A DNA stretch of 64,000 nucleotides from a virus (taxonomy: Duplodnaviria > Caudoviricetes), in the IMG/VR virus record IMGVR_UViG_3300002514_008521, positions 1 through 64,000 of that record; one strand, given 5' to 3'. Made by a program: the position numbers and the translations under genes. The notes beneath the pieces are model-generated. The model was not told where the DNA came from. It was given only the letters and a program-made list of their open reading frames with translations, and ran no database searches. This document shows positions 49,357 to 58,682 of the stretch, piece by piece (the stretch's first letter is position 1; each line of letters begins with the position of its first letter).

Positions 49357-50268
49357 TTAAGAATCTTCTCTTATTTCCTGCAAGATTTCAATATACTTTA
49401 AAGCAGTATCTTTAACATCTATTGGGGAACTTGATGTATTAGAAATAGTATTATTAAAATTCATGGGTGGAGGTTCATATAACTTTATTGGCTCAAATCC
49501 CCACTCTTCCTCAACAATTACTGTCGCATTCTTTCCAGCAATTTCTTTTGTTCCACCAGTACTAGAACACACTACATGACATCCGGATGCCCTGGCATCA
49601 ACAACAACATTCGGACAATGGTCTAAGTATGCTAAGTGTAGAAACGTCTCAGAACGCTTATAAAGTGCTATCAATGTATTCCAGTCTAGTGGCCCTGAAT
49701 AAAATATTCTCGGATCATTAACTTGGTAATCCGGATTGGGTCCAGCGATTATAAGGCATCGATCATTCGGAGCGTGATCTAGAAAATATTTCACGTTTTC
49801 CTCTAATCTTTTGTGAGGGCGCCAGGACGATGCACAGGACCACACACCGGTAAAATTATTTAACACACCACTATCTAATGGTGATATATCATCAATCCAA
49901 TCTAATTTTGTACCATTATGTACAACATGTGCATTTGTATGAGTACCAAAGTACTTTTCGACTAATTTCTGATTGAAATGCGATTGGTATATTACTGCAT
50001 CTGCAGTTTTAAAACTAGATTGTATCGGTGAATTTAATTCTTTCCAGTCTTGTGAAATATTGAAATAAATTCCATCTAGACGCAAAGCAGTGGGAGCTAT
50101 TTTAAAGTTAGACTGAATAAATGACAGTTGCACATCAATATTTTCAGAGTTAACATTTGTGAGCACAAAATTGTCATCATCTTCAGATATCTGGCTGGCT
50201 AGTTTTTTTGCAAAATTGTTAGGGCCGCTAGTACTAGTAAGGTTTACATTATCAAAAAGAATATTCAT
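49357..50268 (-). CDS. Glycosyltransferase, GT4-like
   Basis: WRPHKRL, LAYLDHCPNVVVDARASGC. Confidence 0.85.
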   Translation of the reverse strand: MNILFDNVNLTSTSGPNNFAKKLASQISEDDDNFVLTNVNSENIDVQLSFIQSNFKIAPTALRLDGIYFNISQDWKELNSPIQSSFKTADAVIYQSHFNQKLVEKYFGTHTNAHVVHNGTKLDWIDDISPLDSGVLNNFTGVWSCASSWRPHKRLEENVKYFLDHAPNDRCLIIAGPNPDYQVNDPRIFYSGPLDWNTLIALYKRSETFLHLAYLDHCPNVVVDARASGCHVVCSSTGGTKEIAGKNATVIVEEEWGFEPIKLYEPPPMNFNNTISNTSSSPIDVKDTALKYIEILQEIREDS

Positions 50269-50999
50269 GTGAGATACCCTCTTTCACGGACCCACTCAGC
50301 TGATCTTTTTTGTTTTTTTGATCGATCACATGTGAATAATTCAGGATTTGATAGATTTATATTATAATGATAACAAACCATTGGTAAGAATAATCTGGGA
50401 CGATTTTCTAACCCGGCTTTATGTAGCATTGGTAGAAATACTGCCTGATCACAACCAATCATAATCCACTCATCATCATCATCTTTAAAGTTCTTAATGT
50501 TGATATTATTTATCGCATCTTTTCGAAATGTCTTAAGATGACTTGAGACCCATGGATGCTTGTATATATCAATATCATCACCACTTAGGGGTCCTGATAT
50601 ATTTTGTGTTGTAAATGCCCATCTTTGCTTAGTCCATAGAACTGCAGGGTTTGAGTCATTATATACGTGATTGATTATTGCCAGGGTGTCTAAGTCGGTT
50701 AACCAATCCCCCCCATCTAGGCGACATATAATATCATTATCATTTATAGAATTAACTGCATCTAGTGTATTTCTGACTTCACCAAATTTTTCGTTTCTTG
50801 CTACTACTTGTAAGCGATCGCCCAGACCGAATGCTTTTGATATATCTTCAGCGCGTTGGGGTGTAGTATCTGTTGACATATCATCGTATATTACCATTCT
50901 CCAATTTGAGTATGATTGTGATATTACCGAAAGTATTGTTTGCTGGATTTCTTCTTCGCAGTTATAGGCAGGGGTTACAAAAACAAATTGATTATTCAT
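50265..50999 (-). CDS. Glycosyltransferase, GT2 family
   Basis: VTPAYNCE, YDDMSTD, RLDGGDWL. Confidence 0.88.
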   Translation of the reverse strand: MNNQFVFVTPAYNCEEEIQQTILSVISQSYSNWRMVIYDDMSTDTTPQRAEDISKAFGLGDRLQVVARNEKFGEVRNTLDAVNSINDNDIICRLDGGDWLTDLDTLAIINHVYNDSNPAVLWTKQRWAFTTQNISGPLSGDDIDIYKHPWVSSHLKTFRKDAINNINIKNFKDDDDEWIMIGCDQAVFLPMLHKAGLENRPRLFLPMVCYHYNINLSNPELFTCDRSKKQKRSAEWVRERGYLT

Positions 51000-52923
51000 G
51001 TTCCAGGCGCTCTTTTATAACCTGAGGATATTCTGAGTCCAGTACAAGATAAGGGGTTGGCTTATTAAAGTCGACCGGATCATGAAATACCCAACCTCCC
51101 ATTTCATCTTGCAATTTATTTGCTAGCGTCTCTATATCATTTTCCGTTACTTCGGACCATGGTTTTTGAAAGAACATGTTATTTTCAGCAGTATCTTCCT
51201 GGGTTATATCAAATAAGCTTTGCCAGTGCTTGGACCAATAATCTCTATAGGTACGAATCTTTCTAGATAAATCAAACCAAGAGAAATGATGCACACAAGG
51301 TAACATTTCTGCACAGCGTACAAACCATTCAGCATATTTCTCTAATGCTTGTTTGTCACCTCCAAGTGCACGAAGGCGATATTCATGTGCTTCATTATTA
51401 TAAAAGTTTGCATGTGGAATTACATCACCGGTATCACTATGTATATAATCACATCCATCGGTACCCAGTTTTGCAAAAAGAGTTCCATCATCATCATAGT
51501 TTCTCAAAGCCTTAGGTATCCCGTGTGTAATTCCTTCATTATTTCTAGAAAGTCTCCACTTCCATGGATTAACATCAACACGTACTTTTCCTTTTTTACC
51601 CCAATACTCGACGACCGGTAAACACAGAATATCAGTATTTCGTGGGAATGATCTCATGAGGCTAAGTACTTTATCATAATCATTTTCATGAACCACTTCA
51701 TCAGCATCCTGTTGCCAACAAAATTCCCTGGTACATAATGATCTTGCATATGCTTTTTGTGCACCATCAAATACTGCGAATCTTTTATTTTCCCAGTCTC
51801 TTTTTTCTTGATGAATTACTAACCTAACTTCTTTATCACTCCACTCTTTCAACTCTTCCCATGTGCCGTCTGTTGAACCACCGTCAACAACAACCACTTC
51901 ATCACAAAATCCAAGTAATGATTTAATGCACTCTTTCCATGGATAATCATGGGTATTGCAGTCTAATGTTGTGGTATATCCACTTAGCTGGGGTATATAG
52001 TTCATGTTGTGCTTTATCCCTTTCCAGAATACATCACGTGCAGCATACAAATATGATTCAGTCTCTAAATTATCCTCAGTGTCAAACCACTCTTCATCTT
52101 TATGTTGAACATCTTCGTTTAAATGAAGTTTACACCCTAATAACTTGGCCTCAATAACCATCCTAGGACATGTATCCCAACCCTGTGGCAAATACACAAA
52201 CCCTTCAGCCTGTGCTAATTTCTCTAGAAGCATGCCATATTCCAGGCCCCAGACTACTTCGTACTCTTTACCGTTATCTTTACACCACTGCTCAGCTAAT
52301 CCGGCACCTTTGACCCAACTAGTTGAACCTAAGACAACCCATCCTTTTCGGGTGTGATTTTTATATTTTTCTCTTAATAGTTTAAGTGTTATGAAGAATT
52401 GATCATCAAAGACTGAACTTAAAACATGGTTTTCGACCTGGGATAGTGCGGGAAACTTTTTAAAATATATCTGTTGTTGAGCTTCTGACATCCACCACAG
52501 AGATTTCGCACTCATCATGAAAGCTGCTATCATCTTTCCATAAAGATCATTCTCACATGTGCAGGGAGTCTTTTCAGCTTCTTCATGACGCTGAGGTGAA
52601 CGGTATTTACAATATTTATAGTCATACTCTAGGATTGAATAGTCTAAATTTCCCATTATTGTCGGAATCAGGTTCTTATCTACACCTGCATAATTCCCAA
52701 ATACCCAATAATTTTTATGACCCTTCTCGAGAAGCTCCATTGTTAACTGATGTGATCTAATTTTTTTAACAGTAAAGGGAGAAGAATCGATTAGTGCTTG
52801 TGTGGTTAATTCGGCACCACCGACATAATCTTCCTTGAATGCATCAGCAACAAAAATGATGTCTGTATCTGCTATAAGAATATTGTCTTTCTTTCCGTCT
52901 TCAAATAATTTTGTATTGAACAT
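50992..52923 (-). CDS. Bifunctional glycosyltransferase (GT-B N-terminal half + GT2 C-terminal half)
   Basis: N-terminal half LPQGWDTCPRMVIEAKLLGC; C-terminal half EVVVVDGGSTDGT and WQQDADEVV. Confidence 0.8.
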   Translation of the reverse strand: MFNTKLFEDGKKDNILIADTDIIFVADAFKEDYVGGAELTTQALIDSSPFTVKKIRSHQLTMELLEKGHKNYWVFGNYAGVDKNLIPTIMGNLDYSILEYDYKYCKYRSPQRHEEAEKTPCTCENDLYGKMIAAFMMSAKSLWWMSEAQQQIYFKKFPALSQVENHVLSSVFDDQFFITLKLLREKYKNHTRKGWVVLGSTSWVKGAGLAEQWCKDNGKEYEVVWGLEYGMLLEKLAQAEGFVYLPQGWDTCPRMVIEAKLLGCKLHLNEDVQHKDEEWFDTEDNLETESYLYAARDVFWKGIKHNMNYIPQLSGYTTTLDCNTHDYPWKECIKSLLGFCDEVVVVDGGSTDGTWEELKEWSDKEVRLVIHQEKRDWENKRFAVFDGAQKAYARSLCTREFCWQQDADEVVHENDYDKVLSLMRSFPRNTDILCLPVVEYWGKKGKVRVDVNPWKWRLSRNNEGITHGIPKALRNYDDDGTLFAKLGTDGCDYIHSDTGDVIPHANFYNNEAHEYRLRALGGDKQALEKYAEWFVRCAEMLPCVHHFSWFDLSRKIRTYRDYWSKHWQSLFDITQEDTAENNMFFQKPWSEVTENDIETLANKLQDEMGGWVFHDPVDFNKPTPYLVLDSEYPQVIKERLEHE

Positions 52924-53048
52924 GTAAAATCATTGCTCCAATCAAATACGCATAAAGAATCTTACATATGGTCTGAGGAATGTTTACATACAATTTTCAT
53001 AGAAAAAATTAAACATTTCTAGAAAAGTATAGAATAATAAGTTCTGGG

Positions 53049-53187
53049 AACTGAATTCAGATAACTGCTAACTGATACTGATATCAGATTATCTTACTTT
53101 CTATATTCTATTCTACTATTTAATTAAATTCAGTATCAGTATCAGTATCAGTATCAGTACCAGTATCAGTACCAGTATCAGTACCAG
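53049..53187. repeat. Intergenic repeat structure: 9 tandem CAGTAY hexamers (53131-53184) facing inverted ACTG units and two CTGAWWTCAG palindromes, across a 43-nt G-free A/T spacer
   Basis: Read directly: CAGTAT x4, CAGTAC, CAGTAT, CAGTAC, CAGTAT, CAGTAC; palindromes at 53051-53060 and 53078-53087; spacer 53088-53130. Confidence 0.9.
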
Positions 53188-54042
53188 TTATAAAGCAACC
53201 CAATTAATATGAATCTCAGTATCATTATTAATTTCAACACCGGTGTTATTCATAACAGTCAAATAAAACCGCCGGCCCTCAGTTATACCATGTGCTGATA
53301 TAAATATTCCTCGTGACTTACATGTTGCAATGATTACGTCTTCTTCACGAACCTGTGAACTGCTTATTGTTGCCATGAATATTTGTGAACCTGGTGTTGC
53401 CGACGTTGTACCGTCTGTTGTAAGGTGTAGCGAACCCTTTCTGGTATTTTGTACAACGGTAGTCCCTGAAGCCATATCATGCTCCACTAGGCTCTTATCA
53501 ATATAGACACTCCCGGAAGTTACAACATCTCCTCCAAATACGGCAACACCGGTATTTTGTTTTCCATTAATGGTTCCGGAAACGTGAAAAAAGGTGTCCG
53601 GACCTGGATTCAATTGTCCACTAGAATCCGAAGTTTGAAACTGTACATAATTGTGGTTACCAGCAACATATATAATTCCTGCAGAGTCCTTTGTATTAAC
53701 TGTAAAATCTTGTAATGATCCGTCAGTCGACTCAGTTGGTGCCGCTCCGACCTCCACACCACCGCTGACAACCATATCTCCACCAAACACCGCGGTACCT
53801 TTGTTTTCGGAACCTTTAGAACCCATGGTACCTGATACCCAGAAAGCTACATCTGTCCCGTCCGCTGGATCAAGGGACGCCGGTGACCCCCCTGATAAGA
53901 TTAAAACCTGTTCATTATTTAGTTGTGCTATTCCTTTAAACAGTACTCGGTTTTGATTGTGACCGTTAATAATAGTGTCAACATCATGATTGTGATAGAT
54001 GTACTCGTTAAGACCTATATTACGCAGAATGATAAGTGCAGC
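53188..54042 (-). pseudogene. 5'-truncated (start-less) tail fibre C-terminal cassette; frame open for 284 codons, first ATG only at 53826
   Basis: The 72 codons upstream of the track ATG are open, contain no ATG/GTG/TTG, and are homologous to neighbouring fibres (NEYIYHN; EQVLILSGG...FWVSGT). Confidence 0.7.
53989..54003. repeat. 15-bp exact direct repeat ATTGTGATAGATGTA, copy 1 (partner at 55427-55441)
   Basis: Both copies encode YIYHN in frame in their respective fibre ORFs. Confidence 0.9.
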
Positions 54043-56194
54043 TTATCAATTTGCTGTTTGAGTCCTCATTCTCCCAAGTAACCGCTTCTGTAGCTTTTGC
54101 TACTGTATAATTATAAAGTTGGGCGCTGCTTTGTTTTTTACCGTGCCCTCGTGTTCCTGAAGAACAAATATAATCACCGATTTCAATATCACCACCTTCG
54201 TTACAAACCAAGATGTGACCATCACCGATGGCAAAGATTTGGTGGCTGTTGCCAGATGGATCGTCTGGTGGTGGGGCATACCCGGAATACACACCAAATG
54301 CAGACTTGTCTTCGGCAGAAGTTGTTGGTCCCACAACATAAGCAACTTTCTTCGGCAGCGGAGAAGAAGTTGAAATAATCTTCACAATTGTTCCGTAATT
54401 ATAAGAATCGTTACCTGCGGTGTAATCAGAAGACTGCACGGCGGCGTCGTGGACACCCGTGAACGCCCCATAAGTAACCGTGCCTCCTGAGAAAGTAATA
54501 TATCCTTGATTAGACCCATCTCCATCTGCGATAACAACAGCATAATTTGTTCCGCTGTTGTCGTCGGTGCCGCATTGAATTTTAACTCCATAACGGGTGG
54601 TGGCGTTTCCGTCGTTGTGAAACAAACAAGCATAATCAGCATATTTATTTCCACGCACCGCCAAAGCTTGTGTTGACAAGCCGGTCACCGCTCCATATGT
54701 AGCAGCGTGAACAGTCAAACCATAAGCATCTAGAGTCATTTGGTTCATTTGGCTACCCGCTTGGTTTGTTGCCCACTCTAACTGAGAAGACTCTGCTCCA
54801 TCAGTAGGGTTTATCCAAGCACACCCCATGCCGCCTGCCGAAATTTCTTCGCTATTAGTGTTTTCTAAGCCGAATCCAATAAAAGTTCCAAAACCCGCTG
54901 CTGGTGTTCCTGTCGAAAGGTGTGTAAATCGAGCACATTCTCTGGTTGCTACAGTTGTGTCGCCAGAACTTAGATATGCTCGTGTTGCTCCCGCAACATC
55001 TAAAAGGTATGTCGCAGAAGGTTCTGCTCCAATTCCGACACTACCGCCATCTTTTATTATTAATCTAGATGCGGGAGAGTTCGCGTTGTCTGTTACAAAA
55101 TGGAAGTCGCCGCTATTAGAGGTTCCATCATATACATACGCTATTCTTCCATCTGCGGTGGCGACTCTGAAATCTAAGTTTGCGTAAGCATTTGTTGTAG
55201 TGGAGGTGTTTTCAATAAGCAAGCCATCGCCCGAGGCACCGCCCGAGAAGCCATGTCCTGTTGTGATTGCTGTATTGTCATTGGCAAATTCTATTGTTAG
55301 TGTTTTGGTCGGTGTAGTTTGACCAATACCAACTTTGCCATTCGAGTCTACCGTGACCCTTTCGGTACCGGCTGTCGAGATTCTAACATCGTTGTCTTGG
55401 AAACGAATGTATGTATCAGCATCTCCATTGTGATAGATGTATTGATTGACTGTAAGGTCGCCTTCGATCAAAGCGTCGCCTTCAACCGCAAATTTGTGAG
55501 AACCCGGTGCATAATTGGAACCAACAGAAAAATAGCCGTTTGTATCTAGCTGCGCTCTAATGGCTGAAGCATATCTAAAAGTCATGTTTGTGCCTGCCGA
55601 CGTATTAATATCGGTTTGCCCGTTGCTTCGATGGGCAACGCAGTATTCCGTGGTGGTGGCTCTATCTTGGTGGGCAAAGGCGGCAAAGTCAGAACTTCCA
55701 ACATAACCAACATGCGCACGACCGATTTGAGCAGATCCGTCTTGATCATCCAACATGAGTAGTGCCGGTTCGTCGCCGCCGGTAATCTTCAATGTGCCGC
55801 TTACTTCGAGAGTTGCGCTTGGCGAGTCGGTGCCAATTCCAACGCGTCCGTTAGTATCATCATAGACTAGACTAGAAGCACCCCCAACCGAACCGCCATT
55901 ATTATATTGGACTTGGCTATCCGATCCTGCAGGTGATGAACTACCACCCCCTAGAAGACTAGTAACAGTTCCTCCAGAATCTAAAAAATAAGGTACTGTG
56001 GTACCAGATCCATTGTCCTTTATAAACAATTTTCCTTGATTAGAACTCGGGTTACCCGGGTTACCGGTCATTTCTCTTAGCTGAATCCAGCCGTCTTCCG
56101 TGCCTTCTCCATCATAAGTTAGATCTAAAGACCCAGTAATTCCAATAATGCTACTTTTTCCGTACGATCCGGATAAATCACCTGTTAGTGCCAT
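54020..56194 (-). CDS. Tail fibre protein with a C-terminal autoproteolytic chaperone-like domain
   Basis: Repeats of GRVGIGTDSP / GKVGIGQTTP / GSVGIGAEP; C-terminal GDYICSS...YTVAKA...CTYHSA. Confidence 0.75.
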   Translation of the reverse strand: MALTGDLSGSYGKSSIIGITGSLDLTYDGEGTEDGWIQLREMTGNPGNPSSNQGKLFIKDNGSGTTVPYFLDSGGTVTSLLGGGSSSPAGSDSQVQYNNGGSVGGASSLVYDDTNGRVGIGTDSPSATLEVSGTLKITGGDEPALLMLDDQDGSAQIGRAHVGYVGSSDFAAFAHQDRATTTEYCVAHRSNGQTDINTSAGTNMTFRYASAIRAQLDTNGYFSVGSNYAPGSHKFAVEGDALIEGDLTVNQYIYHNGDADTYIRFQDNDVRISTAGTERVTVDSNGKVGIGQTTPTKTLTIEFANDNTAITTGHGFSGGASGDGLLIENTSTTTNAYANLDFRVATADGRIAYVYDGTSNSGDFHFVTDNANSPASRLIIKDGGSVGIGAEPSATYLLDVAGATRAYLSSGDTTVATRECARFTHLSTGTPAAGFGTFIGFGLENTNSEEISAGGMGCAWINPTDGAESSQLEWATNQAGSQMNQMTLDAYGLTVHAATYGAVTGLSTQALAVRGNKYADYACLFHNDGNATTRYGVKIQCGTDDNSGTNYAVVIADGDGSNQGYITFSGGTVTYGAFTGVHDAAVQSSDYTAGNDSYNYGTIVKIISTSSPLPKKVAYVVGPTTSAEDKSAFGVYSGYAPPPDDPSGNSHQIFAIGDGHILVCNEGGDIEIGDYICSSGTRGHGKKQSSAQLYNYTVAKATEAVTWENEDSNSKLISCTYHSA
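55427..55441. repeat. 15-bp exact direct repeat ATTGTGATAGATGTA, copy 2
   Basis: Identical to 53989-54003, 1438 bp apart. Confidence 0.9.
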
Positions 56195-56241
56195 TATAGA
56201 TCTCCCCTAAAATATTAATAATTATCACATTAATTGCTTAT

Positions 56242-56275
56242 AAACAAAAAAGGCGGGTGGCCGAAGCCACCCGCC
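56242..56275 (-). terminator. Rho-independent terminator
   Basis: GGCGGGTGGC-TTCG-GCCACCCGCC (10-bp stem, C(UUCG)G loop) followed by TTTTTTGTTT, 30 nt after the 56306 stop. Confidence 0.92.
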
Positions 56276-56305
56276 AGTCCAAGACCAAATTAGTCTAGAT
56301 AAAGA

Positions 56306-58516
56306 TTACTCCTCATCTATACCAAGATTAAATAATGGTGCGGGACCACGCATACCATCATCACGACCTGTTGGGTCGATTTCTTCCATCATCAACCGGA
56401 ACCATTTACCACTACGGTTATTTCTAATCGTAAGCATGTCAGGTTCCTCGACAAGGGTATAGTTTCCTCGCTCATTCGCGAGGTGAAGGTCACCCGTGTA
56501 CACGTTTTTGAACCTCAACGCACTAGACCCTAAGTCATAGGAAATGTCAGCACTTGGCATAATATCACCTGTAATAGTAATATCTCTAGTGCCAGCATCT
56601 AGCAATAAGTTGCCACCATCACTGTGAATCTGTGTGGTCGTTGCCCCACCATCAGCTCCAATAACGATTGTTCTAGTACCAGCTGTACCAATATTAATAT
56701 TTTGGTCGACATCATCATTACCCACGCTAATTGTACCAGCGGATGAGTTCACTGTGACTGCACCTGCAGCATCCACATCCGTTGTTGAACCATTAAGAGC
56801 AACAGGCATGGAACCCATACCCAAAGTAACAGAACCTGATGCCATTAGTTTTGCGAAGCTCGCATCATAATGACATTCAAATGTACCGTCCATTGCAGTC
56901 GTTATCTGTCCAAATGAGATACTGGCAGAAACATGTACCTTATCAGATACTGCATTACCAAATGTTGAACTTCCGGAAACGTAGAAACCGTTTGTTACAC
57001 CTAAGTGACCACCCGTAAACCAGTTACTTGCAGAAAGAATAGGAATAATAGACGCATTCGGTTTAAGAACAACATCACCTTTACCAGTTGTCGGAGCTGC
57101 AGTAATACCGTGATTACCCTTAACACTTCCAACTGATGCATCGGAATCTAGATCAATACGAATTTGACCCAGAGCTAATGTTGCACTACCAAAACTACCG
57201 GTAGTAATTTCAACACCTTGTCCAGCAATGATTGTTGGTTTCTGATCCGGAGTTTGTGTCGGTAATCCAGTACGCAACGTACCAGAAATTGTCACATCAC
57301 CCTGGAAAAGAGCACGTGCCTCATCCTCAGATCTTACACCATCAGTTGTAGCAGAACCCGATAGATAGAACTTTACGTCTTGCTTATTGGTCGCTGACTC
57401 AAGATTTCCATCGGAACCAAAACCAAATAATAATAACTGCTCGTTATTACCATCAGCGTAAATCATTCCACGACGATTTTTACCATACATTTCAAACATG
57501 GTAGGACCGCCATCACCAGATTCATAATCATTGACACCCGGATATCCTATTGATAGGTTACCTGATATCCATGTATCACCACCGAAAACAGCTGCAGCCT
57601 TGTGTCCATTACCCTGTTTAGAGCCAGATACAAAGAACCAACTATCAGTGCCGGCTGTGTCGGATGCACCGAACACTACATGATCTTCTGAACCATCAAC
57701 AAACAATGCATGTGTATTATTATCGGTCTCAACGCGGAAGTCACTAGCCATTCCTGCCTCGTTGAAGATAACATGACCCATTGGCACTTTGATTGCAGTG
57801 CCAGTAGCTGAGCCTGGTGATGCCGTAAGTGTACCGGTAAACACGGCGTCCGAAATATTTCCTGATAGGTAAATATTACCACCGGTCTCGCCTCCAAGCT
57901 GGACATTACCGCTGGCGTACAAATCGGCATCGCTGGCGAAGTAGACATCCTTGTCAAAGTCAACTGTCGCGTCGAATGTTGTCGTCGCATTGACCGTAAG
58001 TTCATCTACGTCATTGTTACCTATGGTTGTACTTCCGGAAACATATACATCATTCAGATAAGAATCAGATGCAACAATAAACTTGTCAGTGTTAGAGTCA
58101 CCAAATGTAACGTTACCTGAAACATGCATGTCCGCCGTAAACCAGTTACTTGCACTAAGAATTGGGATTAGCGAATCATCTATACCAAGAGCAACATCAC
58201 CTGATGTTCCTCCACCCTCTAGACCGTATGAAGCCCGAACCGCCGTGATATCACCTTCTGCAGAAAGGTTAACCGATGTGCCTCCCGGTTCCTTGAACCA
58301 AATATCAACAACACCTCCATTATTTCCGGAAACGAATAGAACACCCGTATTCCCTCCGGGAACCGCTGGTCCCCCTGAAGTTGTTATCTGATCAAAAATC
58401 AGATATCCACCATCTTCACCACTACCACTACGAACATGTAATGAACCGGTTAGACCGATTGTACCATTTTGTCCTGTGGCATTGGAGGCGGATATATTAC
58501 TAGTAATAATAGCCAT
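56306..58516 (-). CDS. Tail fibre protein (736 aa)
   Basis: GDITAV...GGGTSGDV module; C-terminal DLGSSALRFKNVYTGDLHLANERGNYTLVEE domain typical of myovirus fibres. Confidence 0.75.
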   Translation of the reverse strand: MAIITSNISASNATGQNGTIGLTGSLHVRSGSGEDGGYLIFDQITTSGGPAVPGGNTGVLFVSGNNGGVVDIWFKEPGGTSVNLSAEGDITAVRASYGLEGGGTSGDVALGIDDSLIPILSASNWFTADMHVSGNVTFGDSNTDKFIVASDSYLNDVYVSGSTTIGNNDVDELTVNATTTFDATVDFDKDVYFASDADLYASGNVQLGGETGGNIYLSGNISDAVFTGTLTASPGSATGTAIKVPMGHVIFNEAGMASDFRVETDNNTHALFVDGSEDHVVFGASDTAGTDSWFFVSGSKQGNGHKAAAVFGGDTWISGNLSIGYPGVNDYESGDGGPTMFEMYGKNRRGMIYADGNNEQLLLFGFGSDGNLESATNKQDVKFYLSGSATTDGVRSEDEARALFQGDVTISGTLRTGLPTQTPDQKPTIIAGQGVEITTGSFGSATLALGQIRIDLDSDASVGSVKGNHGITAAPTTGKGDVVLKPNASIIPILSASNWFTGGHLGVTNGFYVSGSSTFGNAVSDKVHVSASISFGQITTAMDGTFECHYDASFAKLMASGSVTLGMGSMPVALNGSTTDVDAAGAVTVNSSAGTISVGNDDVDQNINIGTAGTRTIVIGADGGATTTQIHSDGGNLLLDAGTRDITITGDIMPSADISYDLGSSALRFKNVYTGDLHLANERGNYTLVEEPDMLTIRNNRSGKWFRLMMEEIDPTGRDDGMRGPAPLFNLGIDEE
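57013..57032. repeat. 20-bp exact direct repeat CCGTAAACCAGTTACTTGCA (partner at 58135-58154)
   Basis: Both copies lie in IPILSASNWFT, 1122 bp (374 codons) apart and in frame. Confidence 0.88.
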
Positions 58517-58682
58517 TAAAACTCTCCTAATTAAACGAATTGAAATTGTTATAACATGACGACATGGCTGTCGCCACTATTAAATATCATTCTCGGAACT
58601 AAAAAAGGCAGTTTAAGCTGTTATTTTTTATAAAAAAAACTGTCTGTATTAATAACCATATTTTAGGATTGATTGTAAGAAA

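Noticed and set aside
53131-53187. Repeat as a CRISPR array, or as a read-through hydrophobic tail (LVLILVLI...) on the fibre cassette
   Set aside because: 6-bp units with no spacers are not CRISPR; TAA is an efficient stop and no read-through signal is evident.
54020-54045. Programmed +1 frameshift fusing the 724-aa fibre to the downstream cassette
   Set aside because: The frames overlap for only about 7 codons with no recognised slippery site, and the upstream protein ends in a natural CTYHxx terminus.
56306-58516. N-x-S/T sequon enrichment in the 736-aa fibre (three in the first 20 aa)
   Set aside because: About 14 sequons from about 44 Asn is near the roughly 10 expected from its high Ser/Thr content; no oligosaccharyltransferase is visible.
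58600-58640. Possible terminator after the 513-aa fibre
   Set aside because: The stem is only 3-5 weak pairs on the coding strand.
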